Both the position numbers and the translations under genes were made by a program. Shown piece after piece: positions 29,513 to 39,893 of a DNA stretch of 64,000 bases. Position 1 is the stretch's first letter, and the number at the start of each line of letters is the position of its first letter. Source of the DNA: a virus (lineage: Duplodnaviria; Caudoviricetes); the IMG/VR virus record IMGVR_UViG_3300028591_000071. One strand, given 5' to 3'. The notes below the pieces were generated by a model. It was not told the origin of the DNA and ran no database searches. It saw nothing but the letters and a program-made list of their open reading frames with translations.

Positions 29513-30370
29513 GTGAAATTTACCGAAACAGACATAATGGAAATGACCCGCAGGGCTGTAGAACGGATTCTTTCTGAAAATGTTCAGAACGAATTGGAAT
29601 CGTGGCATGGCTCTGCTGCTGATTTCGATAAATTTGACTTAAGTTTCATTGGGACGGGTGAAGGAACGCAGGCCTATGGATACGGAGTATATGTAACGGG
29701 TGTTGAAGATACGGGAAGGATGTACGCCGTGGTAGCGACATATAACGGAAATGTAAAAACAAACAAAAGTGCTGAGTCACTTAAGCAATACAAGAGATTC
29801 GTTTCGGCCCTGAAAAGCGTGCTCAAAGAAATAAGGAAAAACATTGGCAACAACCCATCAGAATTTATACCATTTGCTGTTAATAAGATATCAAAGGTGA
29901 AGGGTGTTACTCCTGAGATGATTGATATGGTCAGGTCTGCAGATTCAATTTGGAAAATGAGGCAGTTGTTCGTCAGGTTTCAAACCATGGCAACAAGGTC
30001 TTTCTCAAGATTCCTATACAGACTTGAGATACCTGATGAAGGATATATTGATTGGAACAGCACGGATACAAACCTGATAAGTAGAATATATGAGGAATTC
30101 AAGAAAAATTTCGATGTAAGGCATGTCAATCTCAAAAAGGTACAAACATTCGGAGACCTGTATTCACAATTAAGAGGGTGGTCAAAATTGAGACATGAGG
30201 CAAAGAAAACAGTTATACCACAGAAACAAATTAGTTTGTTCTTATCAAAACTTGGATATACAGGGATAAGGGTTCCAATCGGGAACATGCACGGAGGAGA
30301 CAATATTGGAAATAATTATGTGATATTCGATGCCAATGACATAAAGATAGAAAATAAGGAGAGGTTTTAA
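29513..30370 (+). CDS. Polyvalent-protein-type ADP-ribosyltransferase-like domain protein
   Basis: WHGSAADFDKFDLSFIGTGEGTQAYGYGVY...GYTGI...NYVIFD; leader MKFTETDIMEMTRRAVERILSE. Confidence 0.65.
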   Translation: MKFTETDIMEMTRRAVERILSENVQNELESWHGSAADFDKFDLSFIGTGEGTQAYGYGVYVTGVEDTGRMYAVVATYNGNVKTNKSAESLKQYKRFVSALKSVLKEIRKNIGNNPSEFIPFAVNKISKVKGVTPEMIDMVRSADSIWKMRQLFVRFQTMATRSFSRFLYRLEIPDEGYIDWNSTDTNLISRIYEEFKKNFDVRHVNLKKVQTFGDLYSQLRGWSKLRHEAKKTVIPQKQISLFLSKLGYTGIRVPIGNMHGGDNIGNNYVIFDANDIKIENKERF

Positions 30371-30455
30371 GCCTCTCTTTTTCATTTTGCATTTTCCGTA
30401 AAATCCGCCGAAACACACTATTTATTTTTGAAAGGAAGAAACAAATCCAACATTT

Positions 30456-30785
30456 ATGGCAAAAGAGAAGAAGGATGTTAATATCGCGAGAGAGTGGGCG
30501 AAATTAGGCATAGGCGTGTTCTTTGCCATCGCCGGCGTAGGTCTCATAGCATGGAGCATGCTCATACCTCCTGCGGGGGTGATACATGCCACCGTACTCG
30601 GAGCATTCGGAACGCTTCTCACATGGGCGGGAGCGATGTTCGGAATGGATTCCAATACGAAGATAAAAATGCACGAACAGGACATCGACTTCGAGATAAA
30701 GAAAATGGAACTCGACGAACGCATGCGGCAGTTCGATGCCCGTCTCTATGCCGAAACGAGGAAAGAAGAAAAGAAGGAAGAATAA
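30456..30785 (+). CDS. Holin-like two-TM membrane protein
   Basis: Two hydrophobic helices around a PPAG turn, charged C-terminus; ACTATTTAT at 30417-30425. Confidence 0.55.
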   Translation: MAKEKKDVNIAREWAKLGIGVFFAIAGVGLIAWSMLIPPAGVIHATVLGAFGTLLTWAGAMFGMDSNTKIKMHEQDIDFEIKKMELDERMRQFDARLYAETRKEEKKEE

Positions 30786-30812
30786 TTTTGTGATACATAT
30801 CTTATTTATAGA

Positions 30813-30846
30813 AAATGCACTTCCATTAAACAGGAAGTGCATTTTT
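30813..30846. terminator. Bidirectional terminator
   Basis: AAAATGCACTTCC-N8-GGAAGTGCATTTT. Confidence 0.8.
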
Positions 30847-30876
30847 GTTTTTACGATATAATGATGTATATTTGCA

Positions 30877-33216
30877 TCATGCGTTCAGAAGCAATGACAC
30901 GCATTCATTGACCATTTTCTTTATGTCAGATTCGTTTATGCGCATTGTATCAGGCTTTCCTTCTATCTTTCCAAGATATTCTCCGCTATTCGGGTCTATT
31001 ACATGCCAAATATCGTTTTCATATTCGTCATATGACTTGTTAAAATAAAACTTTCCTTGAACGACATCGTATTCGTAGATTTCCTTGGCAATGATTTTAC
31101 CGGTGGATAAATTGACCAAATCGTTCAGTATGCTATCATCGTTAAAAGAATATCTCTCCAATAGAGCAATCGCTCCCCAAACACGCCTGCGAACGAAATG
31201 TCCTTTGAATCTCGCCAAAACATCGCTTCCTCCGTCTACCGTTCCCCCGTTTGCGGACACCACAAACGCGTGCGAGCAAATGTCGTCCGACCAATCGCTT
31301 GATTCTTCGTATGCCCTGCTTACAAAGTTTCGTTCAAAATCGTTCGTTCCATTGCATTCAACATTAACCAACATTCTGTTTGTTTCCCTTGAGATAATCC
31401 TGAATATTCCAAAATCAAATTTTATTGGGTACCCCATTTTCGCCTCGTTATCGCTGCCGTGTTCAATAATGGCGTGGATAAGTTCATCGTCGTACATCCC
31501 ATCATTGACACTCTTTTCAAGTGATGCCGTGGCCTTTTGTTCGAAGGTGATTACTCGTTCCTCCCAATAATCTTGCTCATTTTCTACCCCTTTGACTGTT
31601 TGTTCAATAAGTTCTCCGTACGGAATCTCTTGCAAGAGTTTGTTTAATGTTTCAGGATTTGAGAAAAGTGCGGCGACATCTTTCATATTCTTGTCCTTGT
31701 CAAGAAAGTCACAGCACGAATCAAGTTCCCCGTCTTCGTAGAATTGGCATTGGATGCTGAGTTGTCTGTTTTTCTTTGAAACGAACTGAACAAGGCAAGC
31801 ATATCCTTCTGTTGTATAGTAGCAGAACATCTTGAAACCGTTATACCTTCCCGCAATGTCAGATGCCGTGCACCAGTGTGAGTCTCCGTAATATTTCTTT
31901 GATGCGGAATAACTTGTCGTACAGGTGACGAGCACATTATCGTCTTCAAATATCTTTATGAGCCCATTATCGGCGAATTTCATTTCTGTGTGATAAGGCA
32001 TCTTTTCCGTTGTTTCAAGAAAACGAAGAAGTGAATGGAACGAAGGGTTTCTACCTCTTTTCTTCCACCCGTTTATCATGTCAATGACATATTGCCTTCC
32101 CTCGCCATCAAGTTTGTTCCAAACCCCAGGAACCTTCTCTGCGAGTTGTTGACTCCATCCACCATAGTCCTTGAACATGGCATCTAGCGCGAGTTTATGG
32201 AGCGGGGTCATTGTCGGAGCACCGGACATGAATGCGTTCCACTGCTCAGGTGAAACCTTATCCTTGTAAAATTTGTTGTATGCATCGGCTGAAGAAATCT
32301 CGTTGAGCATCGCCTTCTTGAACGCGGAGACAACCATCTCCTTCAAGTCATTTCTGGTCATCTCCATAACGGTTCCGTTGTCAATCCTTGCCGTAAATTT
32401 AAATTTACCCAACTCATTTACAATCGGTTTACCTGTGATGTCCCAATATCTGTATGTTTTCATTTCGTGCTTGTATCCTTTTTCGAACAGTAGGCTTACC
32501 AAATCAGGGTCTTGTGATGTGAGGAGCCTCAGGCATCTTCCTTCCCTACTTTCAATCCTTTCCACTTCGCCGACAAGATTCCAATTATTGGCATTCATGA
32601 GCCTAACTTCTCCGTTTTTCATATACATGACTACGACAATAATCCTTGAGGCTTTTGCCGCCGCTCTTCTTTTTTTCTTTTCGGCGAACACGGAATTGAG
32701 TTCCATCTCGTTCATCTGCTCAGCCTTCGCAATCCTTTCTACGGTGAAGAACTCGTTTGACTTTTGGCTGACTCGGAACGCTATAGACTTGAATTCATTG
32801 CCGTGGTGCTGAACGGGCCTCCATCCATCCATGTTGCAATAATAATGGCACATCTCATGAATCAATGTGCTGAGCGCAGCCTTTTTTGACCACTTATAAT
32901 TGCCGTTCAGTTCAATGCGAGGCTTGCAGACCGATGCGAAATTTTCTTTCGTGATGTAGTTTTTGTCGCCCCACATATCCTTTGTAAACATCCTTCTTGA
33001 ACTCTTGGAAACATATATGCCGGTGCCGGTTATCTTGAACCAACCAAGAACACCGCCCTCTGCGCCCTTTCCTGTTGTGAAGAGCCCGAATGAACAATCT
33101 CCAAGTTTTCCGTCAAAGTAAGATGTGTTCAACCTGTTATACTCCGTCTGAATCCAAGCGGGGGTAAGGTCAATTACATCATTCTCATCAAGTTCGTTTA
33201 TCAGGTCGTATTTCAT
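30877..33216 (-). CDS. Multidomain protein: SprT-like protease plus PcfJ-like domain
   Basis: TLIHEMCHYY..HGNEF; SHWCTA; internal MTRNDLKEMVVSAFKKAMLNE and terminal INESDIKKMVNECVSLLL motifs. Confidence 0.7.
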   Translation of the reverse strand: MKYDLINELDENDVIDLTPAWIQTEYNRLNTSYFDGKLGDCSFGLFTTGKGAEGGVLGWFKITGTGIYVSKSSRRMFTKDMWGDKNYITKENFASVCKPRIELNGNYKWSKKAALSTLIHEMCHYYCNMDGWRPVQHHGNEFKSIAFRVSQKSNEFFTVERIAKAEQMNEMELNSVFAEKKKRRAAAKASRIIVVVMYMKNGEVRLMNANNWNLVGEVERIESREGRCLRLLTSQDPDLVSLLFEKGYKHEMKTYRYWDITGKPIVNELGKFKFTARIDNGTVMEMTRNDLKEMVVSAFKKAMLNEISSADAYNKFYKDKVSPEQWNAFMSGAPTMTPLHKLALDAMFKDYGGWSQQLAEKVPGVWNKLDGEGRQYVIDMINGWKKRGRNPSFHSLLRFLETTEKMPYHTEMKFADNGLIKIFEDDNVLVTCTTSYSASKKYYGDSHWCTASDIAGRYNGFKMFCYYTTEGYACLVQFVSKKNRQLSIQCQFYEDGELDSCCDFLDKDKNMKDVAALFSNPETLNKLLQEIPYGELIEQTVKGVENEQDYWEERVITFEQKATASLEKSVNDGMYDDELIHAIIEHGSDNEAKMGYPIKFDFGIFRIISRETNRMLVNVECNGTNDFERNFVSRAYEESSDWSDDICSHAFVVSANGGTVDGGSDVLARFKGHFVRRRVWGAIALLERYSFNDDSILNDLVNLSTGKIIAKEIYEYDVVQGKFYFNKSYDEYENDIWHVIDPNSGEYLGKIEGKPDTMRINESDIKKMVNECVSLLLNA

Positions 33217-33381
33217 CGGCGTACAATTATTTTAAAATAAATAGTTCGTGGCATTTGTTTATCTGGCATGGTTTTTGTATTATATTCATTGAAATTAATT
33301 GAAGCGATATGAAAATTATTGGATTTGGTGTCATCATCTTGCTTGGAGCAATTTGGTGGAGTGTAAAAGAAAGTGAATAGT

Positions 33382-33885
33382 ATGAAGAATTTCCCTATTG
33401 AAAAAGACGGAAAGACCTATTGGGTAAGCCGTTCCGTCGCGGCTGTTGCTTATGTTTTTTCTTATGATGAGAACGGGAAGATGTGTGTCCTTGCCAATAA
33501 GCGGGGGCCCGGCCTTCCTAACAATATAGGAAAGTGGAATTGTCCGAGCGGATTCCTTGACTATGGGGAAACAATCAGGCAATGTGCGATGAGGGAGGTA
33601 TTTGAAGAGACGGGTGTCCGTATAAACGAAGACGACCTTAAGTTGTATGCCGTTGACGACAATCCGAATCGTTCAAATCAGGTTGTTCTTTTCCGCTATT
33701 ATGCAAAGGCAGACCATTCGGAGAAATTGACAAACGAAAACTGCGAACCAAACGAGGTTGAAGAGGTCAAGTGGATTCCGCTCGACGAGATTGGGAATTA
33801 CGATTGGACATCGGACATCCATGTCAGGGCACTTTTTTCTTGCGCAAATGCAGTTGTTACCGGAGGCAAAGTGACTGTATTTTGA
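33382..33885 (+). CDS. Nudix hydrolase
   Basis: Nudix box GFLDYGETIRQCAMREVFEETGV. Confidence 0.9.
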   Translation: MKNFPIEKDGKTYWVSRSVAAVAYVFSYDENGKMCVLANKRGPGLPNNIGKWNCPSGFLDYGETIRQCAMREVFEETGVRINEDDLKLYAVDDNPNRSNQVVLFRYYAKADHSEKLTNENCEPNEVEEVKWIPLDEIGNYDWTSDIHVRALFSCANAVVTGGKVTVF

Positions 33886-33911
33886 AAAGTTAGATGAATT
33901 TTGTATATTTG
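33881..33911 (+). promoter_or_regulatory. Sigma-A-type promoter heading the small-gene array
   Basis: TTTG-N19-TATATTTG. Confidence 0.65.
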
Positions 33912-34059
33912 CGATATAGAAAATTAAAGAACAAAGATGAGTAAAAAAGATATTTTGAACGAGATTAAGTATCAGATGAATGAAGGATGTTCCGACTGCT
34001 TTGATTTCATTGATTGGCTCAGGGACTTCATTGACGAACAACTTGACGAATTTTAGGAT

Positions 34060-34278
34060 ATGACTAAGGAAGAAAAGAGAGAACAGTTTGCCCCGAAACG
34101 GTGGTCGTTATATTGCAACGATGTATTTGTTGCTTCGTTTGCATCACATACGGAAGCAAAACACGCGCTCTATAATAAGTGTGAAGAAATAAAAAAGCAT
34201 CCACGCAAATATCGCGGAAAATATTACACAATAAAACCAGACGAAAATGACACAGGAAGAGAAACGGGTTTTAATTAA
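34060..34278 (+). CDS. Hypothetical protein (MTKEEK start)
   Basis: ORF in array. Confidence 0.5.
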   Translation: MTKEEKREQFAPKRWSLYCNDVFVASFASHTEAKHALYNKCEEIKKHPRKYRGKYYTIKPDENDTGRETGFN

Positions 34279-34404
34279 CTGGTGTAAAAAGAAAAAGAAA
34301 GAATTTGATTGGTATCCTCTTACTATGCGTAATATTATATCCGGCAATCCGAACAAAGACAAAATAGAGTTGCTTGATGAATTTATTGAAAAAATATCAG
34401 AGTT

Positions 34405-34773
34405 ATGACACAGGAAGAAAAACAAATATTACTAAAAGACCTTTGCTCAAGGTTGTTTTATGGAGTTAGAGCAAGATTTTGCGATGGGGTAAAAGAGGAG
34501 ATAGATGATGTTTGGGACATTGATATGTTCAGTGGTGCAATCAATGCAGATTATATCATTGATGATGTCAAACCTTATCTCCGTCCAATGTCTTCTATGA
34601 CCGAGGAAGAGAAGGATGAGTTATTAAATCTTCGTAAGGAAATGAATATGCACATGCATCCGTGGATTGATAGAATATTGGATTTTTATCTTTCTCACCA
34701 TCTAGACTGGCGTGGTTTGATTCTCCTTGGACTCGCTCTTGAAGCACCGGAGGGCATGTATAAAACTGAATAG
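34405..34773 (+). CDS. Family A paralog
   Basis: MTQEEKQ..DLCSRL.YGV..KPYLRPMSSM..HHLDWRGLI..GLALEAPEGMYKTE. Confidence 0.75.
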   Translation: MTQEEKQILLKDLCSRLFYGVRARFCDGVKEEIDDVWDIDMFSGAINADYIIDDVKPYLRPMSSMTEEEKDELLNLRKEMNMHMHPWIDRILDFYLSHHLDWRGLILLGLALEAPEGMYKTE

Positions 34774-34779
34774 AACATT

Positions 34780-35238
34780 ATGTGCTTACTTACCACCCGC
34801 CAAACACCACTTGTCGCTGCTAACCCTATAAGAGTCTATAAGGTCCTGGAGGTGATGCCTCCACAATTGTCCTGTAGAACCCCATTCAGACATTTCGATA
34901 TAGCGTTCGATGAGGAAGGAAAATGTGAACTAAAAGCAGAAATAGAAGGGCAAAAATTTTCAACTGGCGTGTTCGTTGTCCAATCCGGAATACATTCATT
35001 CCGTAAACAATGGGCGGCAGAAGAATTAACAAAGGATATCGCACCATCCATACACATGGGACGGCATAGCAAAGCTAAAGTCTTCTATGCAATAATCCCA
35101 ACGGGAAGTGAATACTACCTCGGCGAGGATGAGGATATAGTGGCAAACCACATGATTATCTTCAAAAGACACGACCTTATGAGGGACTATATGAACAAAC
35201 AAGACATTACACATAGAAAATATGACACAGGAAGATAA
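34780..35238 (+). CDS. Hypothetical protein, paralog of 49863-50405
   Basis: MCL..YKVL..TPF..SGIHSF..IP.G pattern shared. Confidence 0.6.
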   Translation: MCLLTTRQTPLVAANPIRVYKVLEVMPPQLSCRTPFRHFDIAFDEEGKCELKAEIEGQKFSTGVFVVQSGIHSFRKQWAAEELTKDIAPSIHMGRHSKAKVFYAIIPTGSEYYLGEDEDIVANHMIIFKRHDLMRDYMNKQDITHRKYDTGR

Positions 35239-35671
35239 ACAACTATTACTCATAACACTTTGTGGTATGTTGCCTTATGGGGTAAATTTGCACATAGAGT
35301 TTTATGATTTGCAGGGCGATGGAAAACTTGCAAACAGGGATATAAAATTAACTCCGGGCAATATCGCCTATTGCTTTGATAACAGCCATTGGGTGAGTGT
35401 CAAACCTTATCTTCGCCTTATGTCAAGCATGACTGAAGAAGAGAAAGATGAACTCAATAATTTATTTAATGGTACATTTCAATATTTCAATCAAAGGGTT
35501 ATTTCAGCTGAATGGGATAACAATGAGGCAGTTTTTGTTGGAGAACTTGATTGCTCAAAGTTAATTGATTGGCTCAATGCCCATCACTTTGACTACCGTG
35601 GGTTAATTGAGAAAGGTCTTGCTCTTGAAGCACCGAAGGATATGTACAAAACTGAAAAGATATGGAAGTAG
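35222..35671 (+). CDS. Family A paralog
   Basis: Same termini, different central segment. Confidence 0.75.
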   Translation: MTQEDKQLLLITLCGMLPYGVNLHIEFYDLQGDGKLANRDIKLTPGNIAYCFDNSHWVSVKPYLRLMSSMTEEEKDELNNLFNGTFQYFNQRVISAEWDNNEAVFVGELDCSKLIDWLNAHHFDYRGLIEKGLALEAPKDMYKTEKIWK

Positions 35672-35853
35672 TAGCAAATAAACATTCAAAGAGATACCCG
35701 ATAGAAATAAACTTTCAGGATGTTGATAAGGAAGTTTCAGTTGTTTTTTCATTGGAAAATGCAAAAAAGTTGTTGTCTGACTTGGGCGCGGCAATTAAAG
35801 AGATAGAAAATGGGATTGGCATTGGAAGCACCTGAAGATATGTACACACAGAT

Positions 35854-36081
35854 ATGAACAGGAAAGACGAAATCATCATCGAAGCCGAGAAGGACCTTCT
35901 CGACCTCATAACAAGACTCAAGGGACTCCATGGGGCTTACGTCCGTGAACGTGACTACTGCGCCATACGGAACCTTGCACTGGCAGCTAACAACATAAAG
36001 AAAGACTGCATGAGAATCATGGACACCTTCGATTTCGTGGAACCCAACATGAGGGACAATGACCGCGACCTGCTGAGGTGA
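35854..36081 (+). CDS. Hypothetical protein
   Basis: ORF flanked on both sides by family-A C-terminal remnants. Confidence 0.55.
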   Translation: MNRKDEIIIEAEKDLLDLITRLKGLHGAYVRERDYCAIRNLALAANNIKKDCMRIMDTFDFVEPNMRDNDRDLLR

Positions 36082-36287
36082 CAAAAAAGATTTAGTTCTT
36101 GGAACACCTGAAGGAATGTATTAAAGCATATGAAAATAAAAGAACTTATTTGGAAACTAATAGAGCCCAGCGTGAAAAGAAAGCGTGCATATTATGAGGG
36201 GCTTTGGTGTAAAGGAAAAATGTCTGCCGGGGAAATGTGTGAGAAAGTTGCAAATCTTTATAGATTAAAACCCTAATATGAATAGAT

Positions 36288-36524
36288 ATGAATAAGATTT
36301 TACTTAACAGTTACGATGGTTTTGTCTCTTTTGTAGATGCTCATACCGGTAACATTCCCGGACACGGAAATGTCGTATCTGATTTTTGGACAAGCCCTGA
36401 AAAATATCCTTGTGTGGTCATTTGGGGTATTAGATATGATGGGAATGGTCCTGATGAACTATATGGGGAGTTTGTTTATTTAGATGATTTTGAAGCACCT
36501 GAAGATATGTATAAAACTGAATAA
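36288..36524 (+). CDS. Hypothetical protein ending in the family-A tail
   Basis: Unrelated body followed by FEAPEDMYKTE. Confidence 0.6.
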   Translation: MNKILLNSYDGFVSFVDAHTGNIPGHGNVVSDFWTSPEKYPCVVIWGIRYDGNGPDELYGEFVYLDDFEAPEDMYKTE

Positions 36525-36530
36525 ATTATT

Positions 36531-36713
36531 ATGAAATTCCGTCAGGCAAAAAAGATAGTTGAACATTGTGACAAATATCGTGGATGGTATCATGGAACAC
36601 CTCATTGGTATAAGAAGGCTGTACAGGTATATGTTCATCACAAAAAGCGAAGCAATTGGCATTTCTATGAATCAAGAAGAATTATCAACAAGCAAGGACA
36701 AATAATAATATGA
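36531..36713 (+). CDS. Small basic hypothetical protein
   Basis: MKFRQAKKI start; overlaps next ATG. Confidence 0.5.
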   Translation: MKFRQAKKIVEHCDKYRGWYHGTPHWYKKAVQVYVHHKKRSNWHFYESRRIINKQGQIII

Positions 36714-37069
36714 TTACCGAAGATTATGTAAGCTTTGAAACAGCAAAGATTTTGAAGGAAAAAGGGTTTGATGAAGAATGCATCTATGTTTATCGTCACG
36801 ACGGTTCGGAAGATATTTGGGATGCTGATGAAGAAGATATTGCATGTCAGAAGCCAACCCTCCAAATGGCTATGAAATGGTTAAGGGAAATTCACGATAT
36901 TGATATTGTTGTTACATTACACAGGCCGGATAATACTAAATGGTATCTTTGGGACGCTTATACCGATTCAGATGTCCATTATTCCAAATTTATTAATGGG
37001 TATGCGTATCGTAAAAATGAGGAAGCATGTGAAGCAGCAATAAAGTATTGTCTTGAAAATTTGATTTAG
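36710..37069 (+). CDS. Family B paralog
   Basis: MITEDYVSFETAKILKEKGFD..PTLQMAMKWLRE..EEACEAAIKYCLENLI. Confidence 0.75.
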   Translation: MITEDYVSFETAKILKEKGFDEECIYVYRHDGSEDIWDADEEDIACQKPTLQMAMKWLREIHDIDIVVTLHRPDNTKWYLWDAYTDSDVHYSKFINGYAYRKNEEACEAAIKYCLENLI

Positions 37070-37071
37070 AT

Positions 37072-37389
37072 ATGACACAGGAAGAATTAGACAGATATTG
37101 CAGGCAATACCTTTTGGATGTTCTTACTTACGAAGAATATCACAGCATGGGGCTCGACGGCTTCCGTGACTATGCGAAGGAACACATCATCCCAATCCCG
37201 AAGGCGGAACTTGTTGTCGGGCAGGAATACCCCGGTCACTGCAGGAATGCAAGCAGGGCGACTTGGGACGGAAAGAAGTTTCATTATGAAAAATATGAGT
37301 TTGGCACGGTTTTTGAAGAAACTATAAATCACTACGAGGACGATGACAAGATAGGAATTGATGTGTTCGTCCCGATAAAGGAAATTTAG
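37072..37389 (+). CDS. Hypothetical protein with a family-A-like start
   Basis: MTQEE then unrelated sequence (GHCRNA..WDG). Confidence 0.6.
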   Translation: MTQEELDRYCRQYLLDVLTYEEYHSMGLDGFRDYAKEHIIPIPKAELVVGQEYPGHCRNASRATWDGKKFHYEKYEFGTVFEETINHYEDDDKIGIDVFVPIKEI

Positions 37390-37406
37390 GCATAAAAGTA
37401 TGTAAT

Positions 37407-37769
37407 ATGGAACAGGATAAAAAGAAAGTACTTGTCCCGTGGGATGAATATCAGGGACTGTTAAAAGATAGCGAAGCCCTTAAAGAAGCGAGGGAAGAAT
37501 TGAAGAAAGACAGCAAGGAGCGTGGAGTTTATATGGAACACAAAATATATCTGTCAACCGAAAACCTTACAGGTCTTTCCTACATTAGTTCTGACATTCC
37601 CCGTCTGTCAATCATATCAAAGGAAGAAGGCCTTAAAGAGGCGCAGAATGAGATAGACAGGCTCTTGGTGGTGGTTAAAAACGTTAAGGATATTGCCGAG
37701 CAGCGCGAAAAAACTATTGACCGTCTCAGAAGTAGGAACCTATGGCAAAGGATTATTAACAAACGGTAA
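37407..37769 (+). CDS. Coiled-coil protein, paralog of 38058-38492
   Basis: KKV..P..EY..L..EL..D.KER..AQ.EI shared. Confidence 0.6.
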   Translation: MEQDKKKVLVPWDEYQGLLKDSEALKEAREELKKDSKERGVYMEHKIYLSTENLTGLSYISSDIPRLSIISKEEGLKEAQNEIDRLLVVVKNVKDIAEQREKTIDRLRSRNLWQRIINKR

Positions 37770-37820
37770 TTTAGCGGCAGTATGAAAGCTTCTGAAGAAA
37801 CGTATAAAACTGAATAAGGT

Positions 37821-38039
37821 ATGACTTACATTATTATAACCGTTGCGTTTGTACTTGGGTTACTCTGTTATGCGGTTGATAACATAATCACGAAATCAAA
37901 TGCTTTTCGTGAATTAAGAAAGACTCATTGGGAAACCGTCCTGAATTTAAAAACGTGGCTTAGTATTTTCATTATTCTGTGTGCAGCTGTTATTACATTA
38001 ACTGTAATATTTGGTGTAATTGGCGGAATTATTTTATAA
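37821..38039 (+). CDS. Two-TM membrane protein
   Basis: Two hydrophobic stretches. Confidence 0.55.
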   Translation: MTYIIITVAFVLGLLCYAVDNIITKSNAFRELRKTHWETVLNLKTWLSIFIILCAAVITLTVIFGVIGGIIL

Positions 38040-38057
38040 AAATGAGAAAAATATAAT

Positions 38058-38492
38058 ATGGAAACAACAGATACAAAGAAAGTGACACTCCCAATGTCGG
38101 AGTACGAATACCTCAAGGCGAGGGAAAAGGAAGCGGACGATATTAAGGCTGAACTCTTAAAGGAAGACAAGGAACGGAAGTATATCGTTATCAATGCAAG
38201 AGACCTTTATTATCGGGGAAAGGTCAATAAGTACATGGAAATATGGTCCGAGTCAGAAGTCTTAAGGGACGCACAGGATGAAATTAGCTACATGGACACA
38301 ATGCTGAACAGGGCTAATAAAACCATTGACTACTGCCGTGAGGAAATCCGCAAAGGAAACCACAACAAGGCTTGTCTTTATGATACCCTTATGGAGTGTA
38401 GGAAAATGACATTCTGTGAAAGGATTTTCAAGTGGAGGAAGATGAAGAAGAAGATGGAAGATGTTTTAAATGAAGATTCTAAACGAATTTAG
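38058..38492 (+). CDS. Coiled-coil protein, paralog of 37407-37769
   Basis: Shared N-terminal pattern with 37407-37769. Confidence 0.6.
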   Translation: METTDTKKVTLPMSEYEYLKAREKEADDIKAELLKEDKERKYIVINARDLYYRGKVNKYMEIWSESEVLRDAQDEISYMDTMLNRANKTIDYCREEIRKGNHNKACLYDTLMECRKMTFCERIFKWRKMKKKMEDVLNEDSKRI

Positions 38493-38496
38493 AAAT

Positions 38497-38676
38497 ATGA
38501 TTACTGAAGATTACGTTTCCTTTGAAACAGCCAAACTCCTTAAGGAAAAGGGGTTTGATAAAAAATGCTTTACTGTTTACAATAATAATCATGAATATCG
38601 TTCTTCAGATTATTTTGACTCTTATGAAGAAGCCTGTGAGGCAGGCATTAAATATTATCTTGAAAATTTGATTTAA
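38497..38676 (+). CDS. Family B paralog, internally deleted
   Basis: Both termini present; PTLQMAM core absent. Confidence 0.6.
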   Translation: MITEDYVSFETAKLLKEKGFDKKCFTVYNNNHEYRSSDYFDSYEEACEAGIKYYLENLI

Positions 38677-38678
38677 CA

Positions 38679-39125
38679 ATGGGATTGCCAAAAAGAGATT
38701 TATACGTTACATACCTTGGTGATGACAAAACCCTGTTTTTTTCTACATGGGTGCCACCAAAGAATAAAGACGGGGAATACTATCATCCATCCGATGTACC
38801 AATAGGGCTTGATATGTTCATTCCGAATGTACTCAATATGAAGCGTGATGAGGGGCCCGTTAAAGTTAAGGTGGTTAAGTCAGATAAGGAAACAGGATTA
38901 TGGCTTATATGCTATAATGATTGTTTCGGAAACGAAACACATCTTCACAATTACAAGCCAAGATTCAAACCAGATGCAAAATATCCGAAGATTGATTTCG
39001 ATTATGAAGATTCGCTTTATGATACAATGGACTATGAGCCTTGGTCAATCCACGTATGGGCTGAGGACTTTGGCATGAAAGCTGGTGACGGTCCAATACC
39101 AGTAACCCTTGAAGTATTGCCTTAA
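38679..39125 (+). CDS. Hypothetical protein
   Basis: Internal duplication GP(V/I)(K/P)V; 3' end overlaps a family-B tail remnant. Confidence 0.6.
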   Translation: MGLPKRDLYVTYLGDDKTLFFSTWVPPKNKDGEYYHPSDVPIGLDMFIPNVLNMKRDEGPVKVKVVKSDKETGLWLICYNDCFGNETHLHNYKPRFKPDAKYPKIDFDYEDSLYDTMDYEPWSIHVWAEDFGMKAGDGPIPVTLEVLP

Positions 39126-39144
39126 AAAATTGATTTAATAAACT

Positions 39145-39744
39145 ATGGATAATAGCCAACTATCAGAGCAGATAAACAAGAAATACGCCTCCCTGAAACG
39201 TCACGAGGCAAATGTAGAACGCTTGCTCAACAAAGAACCGTTCACAGAATTTGACAATAAAAAGTTGCACAGGGAAAAATATATGGTAAGGAAAATACGC
39301 AAGGCGATTTCCGATATTGAAGAACACCTCAAAAATAAGAATATGATTACAGAAGATTACGTTTCCTTTGAAATTGCAAAACTCCTTAAGGAAAAGGGGT
39401 TTGATGAAGTTACTTCAAAGTGGTATTTGAAATATAAAGGAGAATATTCCCTCGTTTCAAGAGGAAGTGCTGAACATACAGATGATTCCATTGATGTCCC
39501 AACTCTTCAAATGGCAATGAGGTGGCTGAGAGAAGTACATCACTTGTTCATTGGTGTTGAACCGAGACTGAGCTTTACCGACTACTACTGGATAACAGCT
39601 AATGTGTACAGAGTAAGAAAAAAGAACAGTTTATACCATGCCGAGCCTGTAGATGACTATAGCTGCGTGGCTTGCTGCGATGGGGATTCTTTTGAGGACG
39701 CCTGTGAAAAGGCTATTAAGTATTGTCTTGAAAATTTGATTTAG
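39145..39744 (+). CDS. Family B paralog with a fused N-terminal extension (B starts at 39343)
   Basis: MITEDY begins at codon 67. Confidence 0.7.
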   Translation: MDNSQLSEQINKKYASLKRHEANVERLLNKEPFTEFDNKKLHREKYMVRKIRKAISDIEEHLKNKNMITEDYVSFEIAKLLKEKGFDEVTSKWYLKYKGEYSLVSRGSAEHTDDSIDVPTLQMAMRWLREVHHLFIGVEPRLSFTDYYWITANVYRVRKKNSLYHAEPVDDYSCVACCDGDSFEDACEKAIKYCLENLI

Positions 39745-39893
39745 ATATGACTAAAGAACAAGCAATAGAACAACTTGAACAATCCATAGATGGGTGGTAC
39801 GAGTTTTGGGATGATGCTTCTCATCATATATCTGAAAAGGATATTGAAGCGATACAGATTTTGATTGAAATCGCAAAAAATAGTAAATAATAT

